A stretch of 64,000 nucleotides of DNA, from contig CM120643.1 of the NCBI GenBank assembly GCA_051362555.1, positions 434,001-498,000 on the forward strand. Direction: 5' to 3'. A program made the position numbers and the translations under genes. This stretch comes from Lingula anatina (taxonomy: Eukaryota; Animalia; Brachiopoda). Positions within the stretch are counted from its first letter, which is position 1, and every line of letters begins with the position of its first letter. Below the pieces are notes generated by a model. That model worked only from the letters and a program-made list of their open reading frames with translations. It searched no databases and was not told where the DNA came from. Of the stretch, positions 26,245 to 38,915 are shown piece by piece.

Positions 26245-28929
26245 ATATGTTCGATGGATTAAATGCCGGCTTCGTAATATTTTAACTAAATGCGTTCATT
26301 TGCACAGTTACACAGATATTATTTTTAAGTTGTCTGTCGTTCAGCACGCATTATAGGCGAGTAGCTAAATAGTGACGGTGATCAATCCAAGCTCAATCTT
26401 GGCAAGTATCGTTTACAAAATAGATCATGTTGAATAAACTTAATTACGCTTTAATAAATAATCAACACACGGTTCGGTTATTGTCATTTGAAAGCTTTCG
26501 ATCAAAGACGTTCAATGAAATCACAAATCATTTGACGATTAAAAAATGGACATGTTCAAGGGGCAGTTTTTGTTTCAGCTAAAGGGACTTCAGGTTCAGG
26601 TAGAGGGTTCAGTTACGTGTTTCATCGGATGATAGCATCACGCCCTAAGTCTAAGCGAGTTGAATAGAAGCTTTTTATCCAAACATCCTATTCCTAACTA
26701 CTGAGTCAGGACAAAGGTCTAGTAACATGCACTGTGCAATTACTATTAATGGATCAGATGCATACTTGATTGTTTTTCCTCTGGTGTCGCACGTATGGAT
26801 CCTTTCTTGAGTGATCTAAAACAAGCCGCTAGTGTACCATGTTTCTCGCTGTAGCAAAATATGTTCGACATGGTGTTTCTGAACAGCAGCCGGAGACACA
26901 GTAATTGTATAGGCATGCTTTAAGCATGTTCGAGAGATAATAACAGTCGGGTTTAACAATAGATAGCGAGATATAGTAAGACCCCCTCCTCTTTAACTGA
27001 TGATTTACACTTTTAATTGACCGTACTTTCGTATATTGTATGATCATACAGCCAGACTTCCCCCTGTTGCACGTTGTAGTTAGATTGTCATTGCGCCTAT
27101 GTCAATGCACCTCATTTAATTTCAATATTATAATATAAGCATAATATAAGTAATATGTTATTTCCTTATTCCTCTTTCATTATCATTCATGTTTTATAAA
27201 TACTTGAACGCTTGAATGCAGATATTTCAAATTAAAACGTAAGTACATAAATAAACATTACATTTATAAATTAATGCAATAGGAATTTTTTGAGACAGAT
27301 TGATGCTGACGCTCATGCATTTCAACCAAACAAACAATAATTAGTTCAATTTTTGACTGCGGAAATTTCATATAGGATGAAATAACTGAAAACAAATTTA
27401 ACTAGCAGTTTGTTAGCAACACTAAAAACCAGCTGCGCGTGCCAAACTAGTGAACAAAAGGACAGTTTGCTTCGCGTGCCACGCCTTAGCATGGGTTTAG
27501 CCTCTTCAAGCTATAATCCTATCGCCGCAACAAACAATAGGGACCTTCTGGCTGATGTATCCTGCTGTTAATTACACCTAGTTACAGCGGATTGTCACGC
27601 TCGCGCTGGGCCACAGACACCGGCGTCATGGGGTTCACTCGTATTAAGTATTGTGTTATTCAACCTAAGCTATTGTGTTTGTGCGTTCGAATTTTGAAGG
27701 GATTTATACGGCCCTCCATTGTTTGTCCGCCCCCTTCTATTCACAAGATAGGGATTAAAACATTTCGAACGTTGTTACACCGTTGTACAACGGAAACAAA
27801 ATTATTCCGACCACTGTATATGTCTGAATTCTTTTAATTGGCTTCAGTACCTCTGACTTAATTTTTTTAGGAATCACTGTACATATGTATTTTGTGTATA
27901 AGTATATATAGAGAAGAACTTTGTATTGTAATCAGAGATCAGAGATTAGAGATATGAGATCATCAGAGTAAGTTTGGTCAGTCAAACCGACAGCTGGATT
28001 GTCCGTGTTGTCAGCCAGAGAAATAAATGTAGAACTCGGTCAGTTAGTAGTTGATCTCCAGAAAATATATCGTAGCTTTTGTGTTACCTGCTGGAGAATT
28101 AACTAAGACCAATTGTTCCCTGTGATACATCTAAAAGAGGGCGTGGCAAAATATGTTATAATACCTGTATGTGCAGAAATGTTCAACTGCTCTTTGCTGC
28201 TGTCATCCTCAGTTCTATTGTTTGACCACTAGGTATAGAGTTGTGGTCAAAATGATGTCATAGACTGGACAAAGTCTCCCCCCCCCCCCTTCACATACAG
28301 GCATTTTAACATCTTTTTCCTCGTTGTGTTTGGAAGTTATTGTGCCAATGACACCAAAATTGTGCAAAAGAGTGTTTTAAATTTAAATGACATTGTCCTA
28401 AAAAGTCGTGGTTGTTGGATCTTAATTACAATAATAGCTATGGTATCATCATTATCAAAGGTTGCCTTCTCTTCAGAAAATTGAACATGACGTTGAAAGC
28501 AACCGGACTATTTACAAAAAAAAAAAAAAACCAACAAGAAAATTTAAAGTAAAAAAAAATGGTTTGGAAGTAATTAGACAAACGACACATGTCATACAAC
28601 AACAATGACAGCACAGACAGACAGACCAATCAGAATATATACATGCAGGCAATTACAGTGTCTGTATATCAAAACTAAAGTAAAACCAATTTGGTAAATT
28701 TAGATTTTTGTCTTACTATGTGCTATATTCTTTGGAACTGGCAAGGTGCTTTGTTACATGTGTAAAATTGTTAAGCATATAACTCTGTACATGATATGTA
28801 TAACAACTGGCAAAAAATAGTACAGGGTATATCTTTTCTAAAGTTAGCACATGTCTATACTTGCTGTGTGTACCTGTGATTGTCTGTGTGCTGCAAGTAC
28901 ATTGTCAATTAACAGATTGTCAGTCATAC

Positions 28930-29077
28930 CTGTCATGTGAAAGACAGACTTGAACCCCAACCCAAATTTTCCAACTTTTAGTGGATCATCTTTCTTGCTA
29001 CTATTGTGGATGGCTCCTATTCTGTCCCAGTCAGCATCACCAAAAACAGCGTCATTGTAGGCATACAGAGCTGGACC
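28930..29077 (-). CDS. SACS: Sacsin-like copy A, exon ([12 protein letters not shown]...[14 protein letters not shown])
   Basis: HATPase ATP-lid motif [12 protein letters not shown]; acceptor ctcag|GGT, donor G|gtatga; 148 nt, phase 0 to phase 1, joins in frame to 8990. Confidence 0.92.
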
Positions 29078-29550
29078 CTGAGATATAAGGGAAAAGAACA
29101 ATTCAGAAGACAAAAATACATTAAATTAGAATGCTTTATAAAGAATTTTACTACCACAGAAGGTTGGGTTGGGGGGGGGGGGGAGGGGGCGATATTTATT
29201 CCTTTTACATTGTAATTTTTGCTATCTCTTCTCGAACCATTATCAGTCCTTATCTTAGATGGTCTAGCATTTGTCATTACACGATGGACATAAATACAAG
29301 TAAAAAACGGGGTGGATCCAGAGATATTTTCTGGCAGTCTTTCAAATTATCTTTGTTAATATATCCTCCATCTTTAACTGTCTTCCAAAAGAATTAAATA
29401 GATACCCGTCAGTGTAAAAAGTTAAAAATAAGGACTTGACTGAAAAAACTGTACCTTGAAGTCTGTAAGAATAGAGACAAATATCTAACCTTTATATATA
29501 CAATCTTATAGCATAAGAAGAGTTTGTTTAAAAACACATGTTACATTTAC

Positions 29551-29661
29551 CTGAAATATCTTCAAATCTGGTTGATACAAAGACTCTGCAGAAAACTGGC
29601 GTCTGTCATTTACAAATTTCACAGATTTTGCTCCAGCATCCTCGGCATTCTGGATTAATTC
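29551..29661 (-). CDS. SACS: Sacsin-like copy A, exon (ELIQNAEDAGAKSVKF...KIFQ)
   Basis: Hand translation gives the GHKL N-box ELIQNAEDA; 111 nt, ttttag|GAA and CAG|gtaaat. Confidence 0.92.
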
Positions 29662-29943
29662 CTAAAAAATTGACAATATACAATGTCAGTTATCTCTTTC
29701 TTGTTATAACTATAATAATTCTCACAACTTTATATTTAAGAAGATAAGTGAATGACTAATTTAAAGAATTAAGGTAACAAAAACTTGACATTTTGGACTA
29801 TTTCCTAAACGATTGACAATATGCAATATCACTTTTCCCTTTCTTGTTATGCTTATAATAATTCTCATGACTTCCTATTTATGTAGACGCATGAACAATT
29901 AAAATCAAGAATGAAAGTAACAAAAATTGTACAAAAGCTTAAC

Positions 29944-30029
29944 CTTCAAAATCTGCCCATCATCTGGATATTGGTCTAATACTGCTCTCAGCTGCTCAAT
30001 TAAAGATGGCGTCCGAATCCCAAAACCAC
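29944..30029 (-). CDS. SACS: Sacsin-like copy A, exon (GFGIRTPSLIEQLRAVLDQYPDDGQILK)
   Basis: Typical start of a sacsin repeat (L..YP..GQILK); 86 nt, tttag|GT and AAG|gttaag. Confidence 0.9.
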
Positions 30030-30353
30030 CTAAAATATAAATAATGGTAATGATTTTATTCTACTAATGCCAAAAAGTCTTCAAACAAAACTTCTCAAAG
30101 CGACTTCTTCAATAATTTGTACTAGCAGATTCTCATCAGCATGATGTAGACAATTTTTTTTTTTAAATAAGGGACAGTAACATATACCTTCAAATTAATG
30201 TGTATGGATATTCTAATGTTTATTTTCATAGTTTGTCTGTTTAAAACATTAAAATTACATCATTTGAAAAGATGCCAAATATCTGAGATAAATAAGGAGT
30301 GGCGTCAAAACTTTCAATCATTATTATCTTACTTTTATCATGTATGCACTTAC

Positions 30354-30363
30354 GGTCAGCCAT
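30354..30363 (-). CDS. SACS: Sacsin-like copy A, start codon in exon 30354-30452 (ATG GCT GAC C)
   Basis: aaaaATGG context, perfect donor C|gtaagt in phase 1 giving MADRGFGIRTPSL; upstream acceptor ttattacag at 30453-30461 implies a further non-coding 5' exon. Confidence 0.75.
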
Positions 30364-31890
30364 TTTTGTTTGAAGCAGCAGAAGTTAATTATTTTCGTTT
30401 ATCTTTGGACATCACATTCGCTCGCTGCACATGGGACTCAGTATGGCCCAATCTGTAATAACAGAAATTACTTAAATGAACATTATATCTTTCTAGAGGA
30501 TCAGAGAGGTGATACTGCGTCCAAGTATTGTGCCGCCAGCTGGAGCAAGCGCATTCGCAGGAAAACAGAAAACACCACCTCTAGTGTTGTACAAAGCGCA
30601 GTTAACAAGATTTCTTGATTTTTTTTAGTTGAAACTACAATTTATAACAAAATCATGGGGGAAAGTGAAAAATCAAATCCAAATTTGTGAGGTGCAGTTC
30701 AGGAGGTCAAATGTTAAATTTAAGACTGACAATGTAGGGTGATTCAAGGCAAAAAAAGTCCAAAAGTCAATGTCAAGGTCACATGTATGTTAATTGCCAA
30801 TATGCCGTCATATTCAAGTTCATTAGTAACTGAGGGCATATCTTTGCCAGCTTTGAAAACATAAGAGATAAAAAAAAGTTGTCCAATTCAGTTCATGGTG
30901 ACAAGTAGGTCAAAGGTCAATTTGAAGATTACAATAAGATTGCCAGTTTATGTCTTCCTATTCAGGATGTATATTAAATATGGGAGTATCTCTGCCAGTT
31001 TGGGAGATATAACGGACAGAAATCTTACAAAAGTCAGTTCATGTTCAAAAGTGAAATTGACAGCATTTATTATGACTTCCTGTTGAACGTCAATACTTAC
31101 TATGGGCCTATATCTCTGCCAGTTTTGGAGATATATGGGAGTAAAATGTTGCAATTTTGCGATAGCAGTAATATGCCAATAATTTGGCACAGAAAAAAAA
31201 ATTGAAATAAAGAAAAGGTCATTCTGGTTGAAATTCATGAAATGGGAGGTGCTTAAAAACTCCAGATGTTTGAATTTCATGAAATAATGTCATTTTTGAC
31301 CTGAAGTTGCCTGCCTCGTTATGCCTTATATTGTTATCTTGTCCAGACGTTCCAAATTTCATTCATTTTACTTTACTGCACATTTTATTTTCACCACCAC
31401 AATGTATCTTTGATACAGTGTAACTCGTAAACCGTATGGAAAAAAACAAACAAACAAACAGCACTTCTAGTACGTGCTTGGGTTTGACTTGCTCTATCAA
31501 ATGCAAAAAAACAAGAAGTCTCTAGCATGAACGAAATAGAGTTTTCAGTTTTGAGTTTCAGCATTCAAAATGAAAATGCACCGATTGACCCAAAACTAAT
31601 AGAGATGAAAGATGACCCTAAGGGTGCATTTTCGATGCCAATTATATTAATTGGTTAGGTCTGTTAGTTTCTGAAAGTTGGCACAAATATAAACTTCGTT
31701 TTGTTAGATTTAACATTTAATTTTGCCAATTTTAGACAAGGGTGCATTGGTACCCTCCACCAGGGCCACCAGATGACATTGTTATGTGCTCTGCAGGAGC
31801 TCAGTGAGAGCTGTTCTTCGCGCCAATGTAATTAAAGTTCGTTGCAACCTGCCTTGTTTTGTCTGTCTGCTAAGGGGTTGTTTTTATTAA

Positions 31891-33990
31891 CCCCATAGAG
31901 CCTGACAGCATCTGACCTAGAAAGTGCCCTTGGTCCTGAGCCCTCTACCCGTATGCACTCAATTTTACAGGCGGACTCATTTAATCAATGATAATGTATT
32001 CACTTCTTTCGAAAACACCTAAAAACTGTACATTTTTAGAAAGCCAAGAATGTAAGCTTTAAAGTCATATCAGTTTTATTCACATTTGTTTATTTAGGTA
32101 GAAATAGCAGGAGTTTAAATATGAGACTTGCTTTTCTCGAAGAGAAGTAAAAAACAAAACTTTAATTTCAGCATGCACATTCTTTTTCACTTTACCAAAG
32201 AATTTGTTGACATTTTCTCATAAACATCCGAAATATGTTTCAAACAATATCAGAAAATTTCAGAAAGATATCTAATTTAGTTTTTGAGTTATAATAAATT
32301 TCCTGGGATGCGTGCTGTACCTAAAAACCTGCATCACGTCAGAGAGTTGCACAACATACAGGCAGGCTAGAAGACTTCCACCTAATATTACTCTTATCAT
32401 TACAAATAGATTGTAAATTAAGTGCCTTTTTCAATAGTTTTTCATAGTTTTTTAATCAACTGAACGAGGATAGGCCTACTCATAAAATTTTGTTTTGCAC
32501 TCAAATCATATGCAAGAATACAAACATTGTCATGAGCAAATATTACACTTTCATGAATAAAAATTGCATCATAAAAATACTAGTAAACGTGTCATTTGTA
32601 CTAATACACAAGCAGGAAAAGACATGTTGATACAGCGCACTAGTAAACATATTATATCTGTATTTATACACAAGCTGGAAAAGACATATGTTGATGCAGC
32701 ACACAAGTAAACATATGTCATTTGTACTTAGGCATAAGCAGGAAAAGACATGTTGATGCAGTACAACGTAACATATGACATTTGTATTTATGCAAAGCAG
32801 GAAAAGACATGTTGATGCAGCACACAAGGCAACATTTAGCCTGACTTGCCACGGAACGGTTACAGTCATTTTATCAGCAATATAACCCTTCCAATTACTA
32901 TTGTCATCTGCTTGGTTACTGCAGTTAGTATCATCAGCGTTTTTCATAAATCAAGCCCCACGTCCGAATCTGCTCTCTGACAACTCATACTAGCCAAAGG
33001 TACATCATCTTTGAAGTTATCGGAGTATCAAAATCTATCAAGGACTCTTCCCCGAAGTCTGAATTTTCTAACAAATCTCGAATATATATTTTAACCCATA
33101 ACTTCTGCTGACTTCTCGCCGCCATTTTGACTGCTTAGCGCCTCGACAGTGGTTGAAATAAATCGCTTTTTCATTATCTAATTCTCGCTACACGTCTTTC
33201 AAAAGCTGGTAATAAACAAAAAACTAACATTAAGTTAGTCTTGTGATAGAAGCATGAATTGTTACAAACGACAGGGGACAGTACAAGCATGTAAACACAG
33301 AAACCGCGTATATGCGGTTCCCGGCACTGATGACTTTTTAAAATGAACCGCATATGTGCGGTTCCCGCACCCTGAGCTTCAGAGATAGCTTGACACTAAC
33401 CTCTTCACTATAGCCTATCTTCATCGTGTCAAGTTACCTCTGACCACATTCGACTGCCTCCGCCGCCCGCCAATCAAATTTAAAGCCCGCACTCAATGAC
33501 TCATTGAACGATCTAGCCAATGAACGCGAACGAGTCAAAGCGCGCTTTGTTCAAATCCGGACCAATCAAAGATAAGGCTGAATATCAGGGACTTGCCGTA
33601 ACCTGTGGGCAGCACGCAAAATACATCATCCCTCAGTAGATAATTATGCAGGGCACCAAACTGCTCTGGTTTCAATTCCGATATACTCCATGCTTTCTTT
33701 GTGTACGGTTATGCACTCGGAACTACTCGGATGTCTCCGCACTCGACAATAACTATGTTGTTAGTATGGAGCTTGCGGAATCAGCCGAGGATTGCCGATT
33801 GACAGTCAACCAATCAGCGTTTTCACCAAACTTTGGTGAAAAATTTTGAAACATGGATTCGATTGGCTTATATAAACTAGGTCAAACTATTTTCGTCAGA
33901 GGTAACTTGACACGATGAAGATAGGCTATAGTAAAGAGGTTAGTGTCAAGTTATCTCTGAAGCTCAGGGTGGGTTCCCGGCGCTATGGGG
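31891..33990 (-). mobile_element. piggyBac-derived non-autonomous element
   Basis: TTAA on both sides, TIR CCCCATAG(A/C)GCC, palindromic subterminal repeat AACCGC..ATGCGGTT, and a decayed acidic N-terminal ORF from ATG at ~33125. Confidence 0.85.
33368..33971. mobile_element. MITE with ~77-bp TIRs and 8-bp TSD (hAT- or P-like), nested in the piggyBac end
   Basis: CACCCTGAGCTTCAGAGATA.. / ..TATCTCTGAAGCTCAGGGTG, flanked by GGTTCCCG on both sides. Confidence 0.92.
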
Positions 33991-34414
33991 TTAATTGTCA
34001 CAGATGAGCAATTAACTGCTTTGATTGCTCTCAAAGGGACTTGTCATGGACTTGATAAGTGGCAGTGCCTGAGTAGATATGCAAACTATTACCAGCCATG
34101 TAATCATCCTTGAGATTTCAGCACAGAGTCACAGTACAGAGATTAGTCATCTATTTCGCCAGAGCCATATCTATTTATATCTAGTGAAAAATCAATATGT
34201 GACCCTGGTAGAGGGTAGTATATTGAGACAAATGTGAAAGTAGACCCAAGTACCAACAAAGCCCAACATTCCCATGGATCGAGTTGAGATTTTATGTGAC
34301 CTGCATATACTGTACAAGAGGTGGATACAGGCCAGGGCTCTTGTAGTTTAGGAGGAGAATTTGAAGGAGTAATGGTGACATGGCGGCGGAGCATGCGGAC
34401 GATACCTATCGTGA

Positions 34415-34627
34415 CTAAGGTACCATTAAGATCGAGAAGAGCCGAGCGCTAGCTAGGCCGTGACCTTAATATGGAGGGAAGCCACTTGATCCTGTTATGT
34501 TCACACGCCTCCCCAGTGAGAGGCCAATACAGGATTAAACGGTCTTCCTTTCATGTAGTTGTAGATCCGCCATATTTAGGTCGCGGCCTCACTAGCACTC
34601 GGCTCTTCTCCATCTGAATGCTCCCTA
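34415..34627. mobile_element. MITE with ~55-bp TIRs
   Basis: GAGAAGAGCCGAGCGCTAG.. vs ..CTAGCACTCGGCTCTTCTC. Confidence 0.75.
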
Positions 34628-34645
34628 AAACCATGTGAAACTACA

Positions 34646-37600
34646 GAATCAGAGAGGCGATACCGCCTCCTGTTATAGAACCACCAGCTGGAGTAAGCGC
34701 ATTCGTATGGAAAACCAAAAAAAACGGGTCACCACCACCAACTACAGTGTTGACCTTGACAAGCTCTATAAATGCAATAAACAAGAGTTCTCAAAATATG
34801 CAAAAAGAAGTGAAAAAACAGCATAACTGTAAAAAATAGTCTGATCAAGCTTATTTTTGAATTAAGCTGTATTTTTGTAATATTGATCTCTCCTGTGATT
34901 TTCAAGACAGTTGACATATGGGTTTTCCTTGAAATGTGTTATCAGCGTTGCATATATTAGGAATAAAAAGAAAACCAAGGAGAAATACTGGGCATATCTC
35001 TGCCAGATTTGAAGATATGAGGGGCAGAAAATTTGCAAAGTTCAGTTCATAGTGAAAAGTAGGTCAAAGGTCAATTTCAAGGTCAAAGTTAGATAGCCAG
35101 TATATGGCTTCCTATTCAAGTTCAATAGTAAATATGGACGTATCCCTGCCAGTTTTCGAGATATAAGAAACAGCAAATTTGCAAAGTGCAGTTTATGGTG
35201 AAAAGTAGGTCAAAGGTCATTTTCAAGGTCACAAGATTGCCAGTATATGAAATCCTATTCAGGTTCACTTTTTGATATAGCGCATCTCCTAAATCATATT
35301 GAAAACAAAAAAAAAATGGACACCACTGCTAGTATTGGCATTGCAAGCTGTACAAAATGCAACAAACAAGACGTCTCTAGCATTTATGGTTCCAGAATAA
35401 TTAAATGAGAGTTTTCAGTTTTAGCGTCTAATGGCTGCTTCTCCTGTGAAAATGCACCGATTGACCCCAAACTCCCAAAGATGAAAGGAGTCCCTAACTG
35501 TAACCCCTCACTATGATATGAGAGCTTAGGTCTGCGTAGTTTCTGAAAATTGGCACAAACAGATATTTTTTTGGAGAAAATTCCCATTTTTAGAAATTTT
35601 TGGCCTGTTTGACCTTGAAATAAAGGTCAAAAGTCAAATCCAAGGGCATATTTGGAATCTCCACACATGACTTTCGGCCAAGCTTCTGTAGAAATTTTCC
35701 CATAATTCCTTCAGTTTGGGAGATATTTAGCATTGACTTCTTATTCAAGTTCAACAGTAACTATGGGCGTATCTTTTCCAGTTTTCGAGATATAAAGGAT
35801 AGAAAATTTGCAAAGTTCAGTTCATAGTGAAAAGTAGGTCAAAGGTCAATTTCAAGGTCACACTTAGATTGCCAGTATATGACTTCCTATTCAAGTTCAA
35901 AAGTAACTATGGACCTATCTCTGCCACTTTTGGAGATAAAAGGGAACCAAAATTTGCAAAGTTCAATTCATAATGAAAAGTAGGTGAAAGGTCAATTTCA
36001 AGGTCATGCTTAGATTGCCAGTATATGACTTCCTATTCAAGTTCAAAAGTAACTATGGACCTATCTCTGCCAGTTTTGAAAGTATAAGCATTAAACAAGT
36101 TGCTTAGTTCAGTTTATGGTGTAAAGTAGGTCAAAGGTCAATTTCAAGGTCAGAGTAATATTACAAGCTTATGACTTCCTATTCAACTTCAATAGTTCCT
36201 ATGGACCTGTCTCTGCCAGGTTTGGAGTTAAAGGAGAAAGAAATTAGCAAAGTTCAGTTCATGGTGTAAAGTAGGTCAAAGGTCAATTTCAAGGTCACAC
36301 TTAGATTGCCTGTATATGCTCTCACATTCAAATGCAATAGTAACTATGGGCATATCTTTGCCAGTTTTGGAGATAAAAGGGAACAAAAATTTGCAGTTCA
36401 GTTCATGGTGTAAAGTAGGTCAAAGGTCAATTTCAAGGTCACACTTAGATTGCCTGTATATGCTCTCACATTCAAATGCAATAGTAACTATGGGCATATC
36501 TTTGCCAGTTTTGGAGATAAAAGGGAACAAAAATTTGCAGTTCAGTTCATGGTGAAAAGTAGGTCAAAGGTCAATCTTAAGGTCACAGTAAATTACCAGT
36601 ATATGATTTCCTATTCAAGTTCAATAGTAACTATGGACCTATCTCTGCCAGTTTTGGAGATAAAAGGGAACAATAATTTGCAAAGTTCAATTCATGATGA
36701 AAAGTAGGTCAAAGGTCAATTTCAAGGTCACATAAAGATTGCCAGTATATGACTTCCTATTCAAGTTCAATAGTAACCATAGACCTATCTCTGCCAGTTT
36801 GGGAGATAAAAGGGAACCAAAATTTGCAGAGTTCAATTCATGATGAAAAGTAGGTCAAAGGTCAATTTCAAGGTCACATTAAGATTGCCAGTATATGATT
36901 TCCTATTCAACTCAATAGTAACTATGGACCTATCTCTGCCAGTTTTGGAGATATAAGGGACTAAATGTTATAATTTTGGAGTTACAATAATGTGCCATAA
37001 ATTTCCTACAGAAAAAATTAATTAAAATAAAGAAAAGGTCATTTTGGTCAAAATTTTTTAAATGGGAGGTGCTCTGAAATTCCAGATGTTCAAATTTGAA
37101 GAAATAATGTCATTTTTGAGTTCAAAATTTATTATCCATTACCGTACTGCACATTTTTCTTTCACCACCAATATGTCCTTTTTGATACAGCGTAACTCGA
37201 AAACCGTATGGAATACAAAAAAAAAACGGAGACCACTTCCAGTGTTGGGCTTTACATGCTCTACAAAATGCAAAAAAATGGGTCTCTAGCATTAACGGTT
37301 CCCGAATTAGAGGCAGTGTTCAGTTTCGGTATCTTATGGCCGCTACTCCCGTGAAAATGCACCGATTGACCCCAAATTCACGGAGATGAAGGATGACCCG
37401 AAGGGTAACACTTTCCAATGATATTGTTGCTTAAGTCTGTGTGGTGTCTGAATAACAGGGCAAATAATTTTTTTTTCGTAAAAAAAATTCCTTTTTTTTT
37501 TTTTTTTTTTTTTTTGAAAATCTTGGCCCGTTTCCCGTTTGACCTTGAAATAAAGGTCAAAGGTCAAATCCAAGGGCATATTTGAAGTCTACACGTATGA

Positions 37601-37925
37601 CTTTTGGAAAGCCGTCTGTAAAAATTTTTCCCATAATTCCTTCCTTAGGGTAGATAATTAGCATTTAATTTTGCCATTTTTGGACAAGGGTGCATTGCAA
37701 TGAGTGCCACACCCAGACCCCAATACTGACAAAGCCCAAATTTTACGTGGAACGAGTTGAGATTATAGGTGACCTAAATCCAAGAGATGGGTACGGAGGC
37801 CCTTACCGTCTAGGAGGAATAGCGGTAACGGTGAGATGGCGGCGGAGCCAGAGGAGCCGGCGGAACATGCGGGTCGGGACTAAAACTATGTGTACCGCCA
37901 GCGCCTACGCTGGTGGTACAATAAT
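34646..37925. mobile_element. Helentron/HINE-like element, copy III, with central ~120-bp tandem array and terminal hairpin
   Basis: Array ~34990-36960; hairpin GTACCGCCAGCG-ccta-CGCTGGTGGTAC at ~37892-37919. Family assignment is by structure only. Confidence 0.7.
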
Positions 37926-38386
37926 GACACTTTCAGATCCCAAACAACACAATACATGCCTCTGGAAAAAGCTCCTTCTCAGCGATTTTTCAATACTGCA
38001 TACAGGAATACATGTATGAGAACAAATAAGAATGTGAGATTGGTAAAATAAATAAAATGAAATAAAATGCGACCACTGAAAAAATGCGTTCATTGTGTAT
38101 GAACACTTATGAAGTCGAAAAAATTGATAAATTGAATACTTGATATTTACTACTGATCAAAAACATCTGTTCAAAACCACTCCGTCTGCGTTCGCCGATG
38201 ACCGTGTAACATGTAGCTATCATATTACACACGTGTTGGGAGGGGGGGGGGGGTACGTTCAAAGCCGCACCACCAAAACTGAGACAAGAAGACCAACTAC
38301 GTACCATTCTGACGAAAATACGGCCAAAGAGAAACAACAAGATCGATTAAAAAGGGCAACCCAATATATTTCCTTCCCAGACAGTA

Positions 38387-38714
38387 TAGTACGTCCGGCA
38401 CGAAAATGCAGTAGATACTCCAGCCAGGGAATTATATCCGATATAATTCCCTGCTCCAGCGCAGTAGACTACTGCAATCATACTGCAAATATGCTTCAAA
38501 TCTGCTTTGGTTTGGGAGCTAATTAGCATATTTGAAACATGCTTCTATCATGCAACTAAACTACTGCATTAATGCTCCTATCTGCACAAACCTGTGTAAT
38601 TTTTGGAGTAGAATTGCATTAGGCTATACTGCATGTCTACTGCAAATATGCTCCACTACTGCGTTAATGCTTCTTTAATTGCTACTTCGATACTGCATAC
38701 TGCATATTCGTGCA
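38387..38714. mobile_element. Small TIR insertion present only in the proximal promoter duplicate
   Basis: GCACGAAAATGCAGTA / TACTGCATATTCGTGC; absent at the equivalent site ~40415. Confidence 0.7.
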
Positions 38715-38784
38715 TTTTATCATCCGTCACAAATAAAGTTGACAACAAAGCAAAAGTTGTCATTTTTTTTCATTCATAACGTAC

Positions 38785-38915
38785 CTTGCAATCTCTCCTC
38801 TGTCACCGTCGAGCTCAAAGTGAAAATACGACGCAACACAATTTCAGGAATCTTAATTATCTTGCATCACGAGACCGATACCGAAACCGGGAAATATTAG
38901 GGAGAAACCGAAATA
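38785..38915 (-). promoter_or_regulatory. Putative non-coding first exon and IRF/ISRE-like promoter, proximal copy
   Basis: Donor AAG|gtacgt at 38785/38784; AAAGTGAAA (~38817), GATACCGAAACCGGGAAA (38877-38894) and GAAACCGAAA (~38904-38913). Confidence 0.5.

Larger units (their letters stand above)
30497..34400. mobile_element. Helentron/HINE-like element, copy II (interrupted by piggyBac and others)
   Basis: Same left block (GATCAGAGAGG.GATAC), AGGTCAAAGGTCA units and right block as copy III. Confidence 0.65.

Noticed and set aside
32543-32947. 134-aa Cys-rich ORF
   Set aside because: Mostly a ~59-bp tandem repeat inside the piggyBac derivative.
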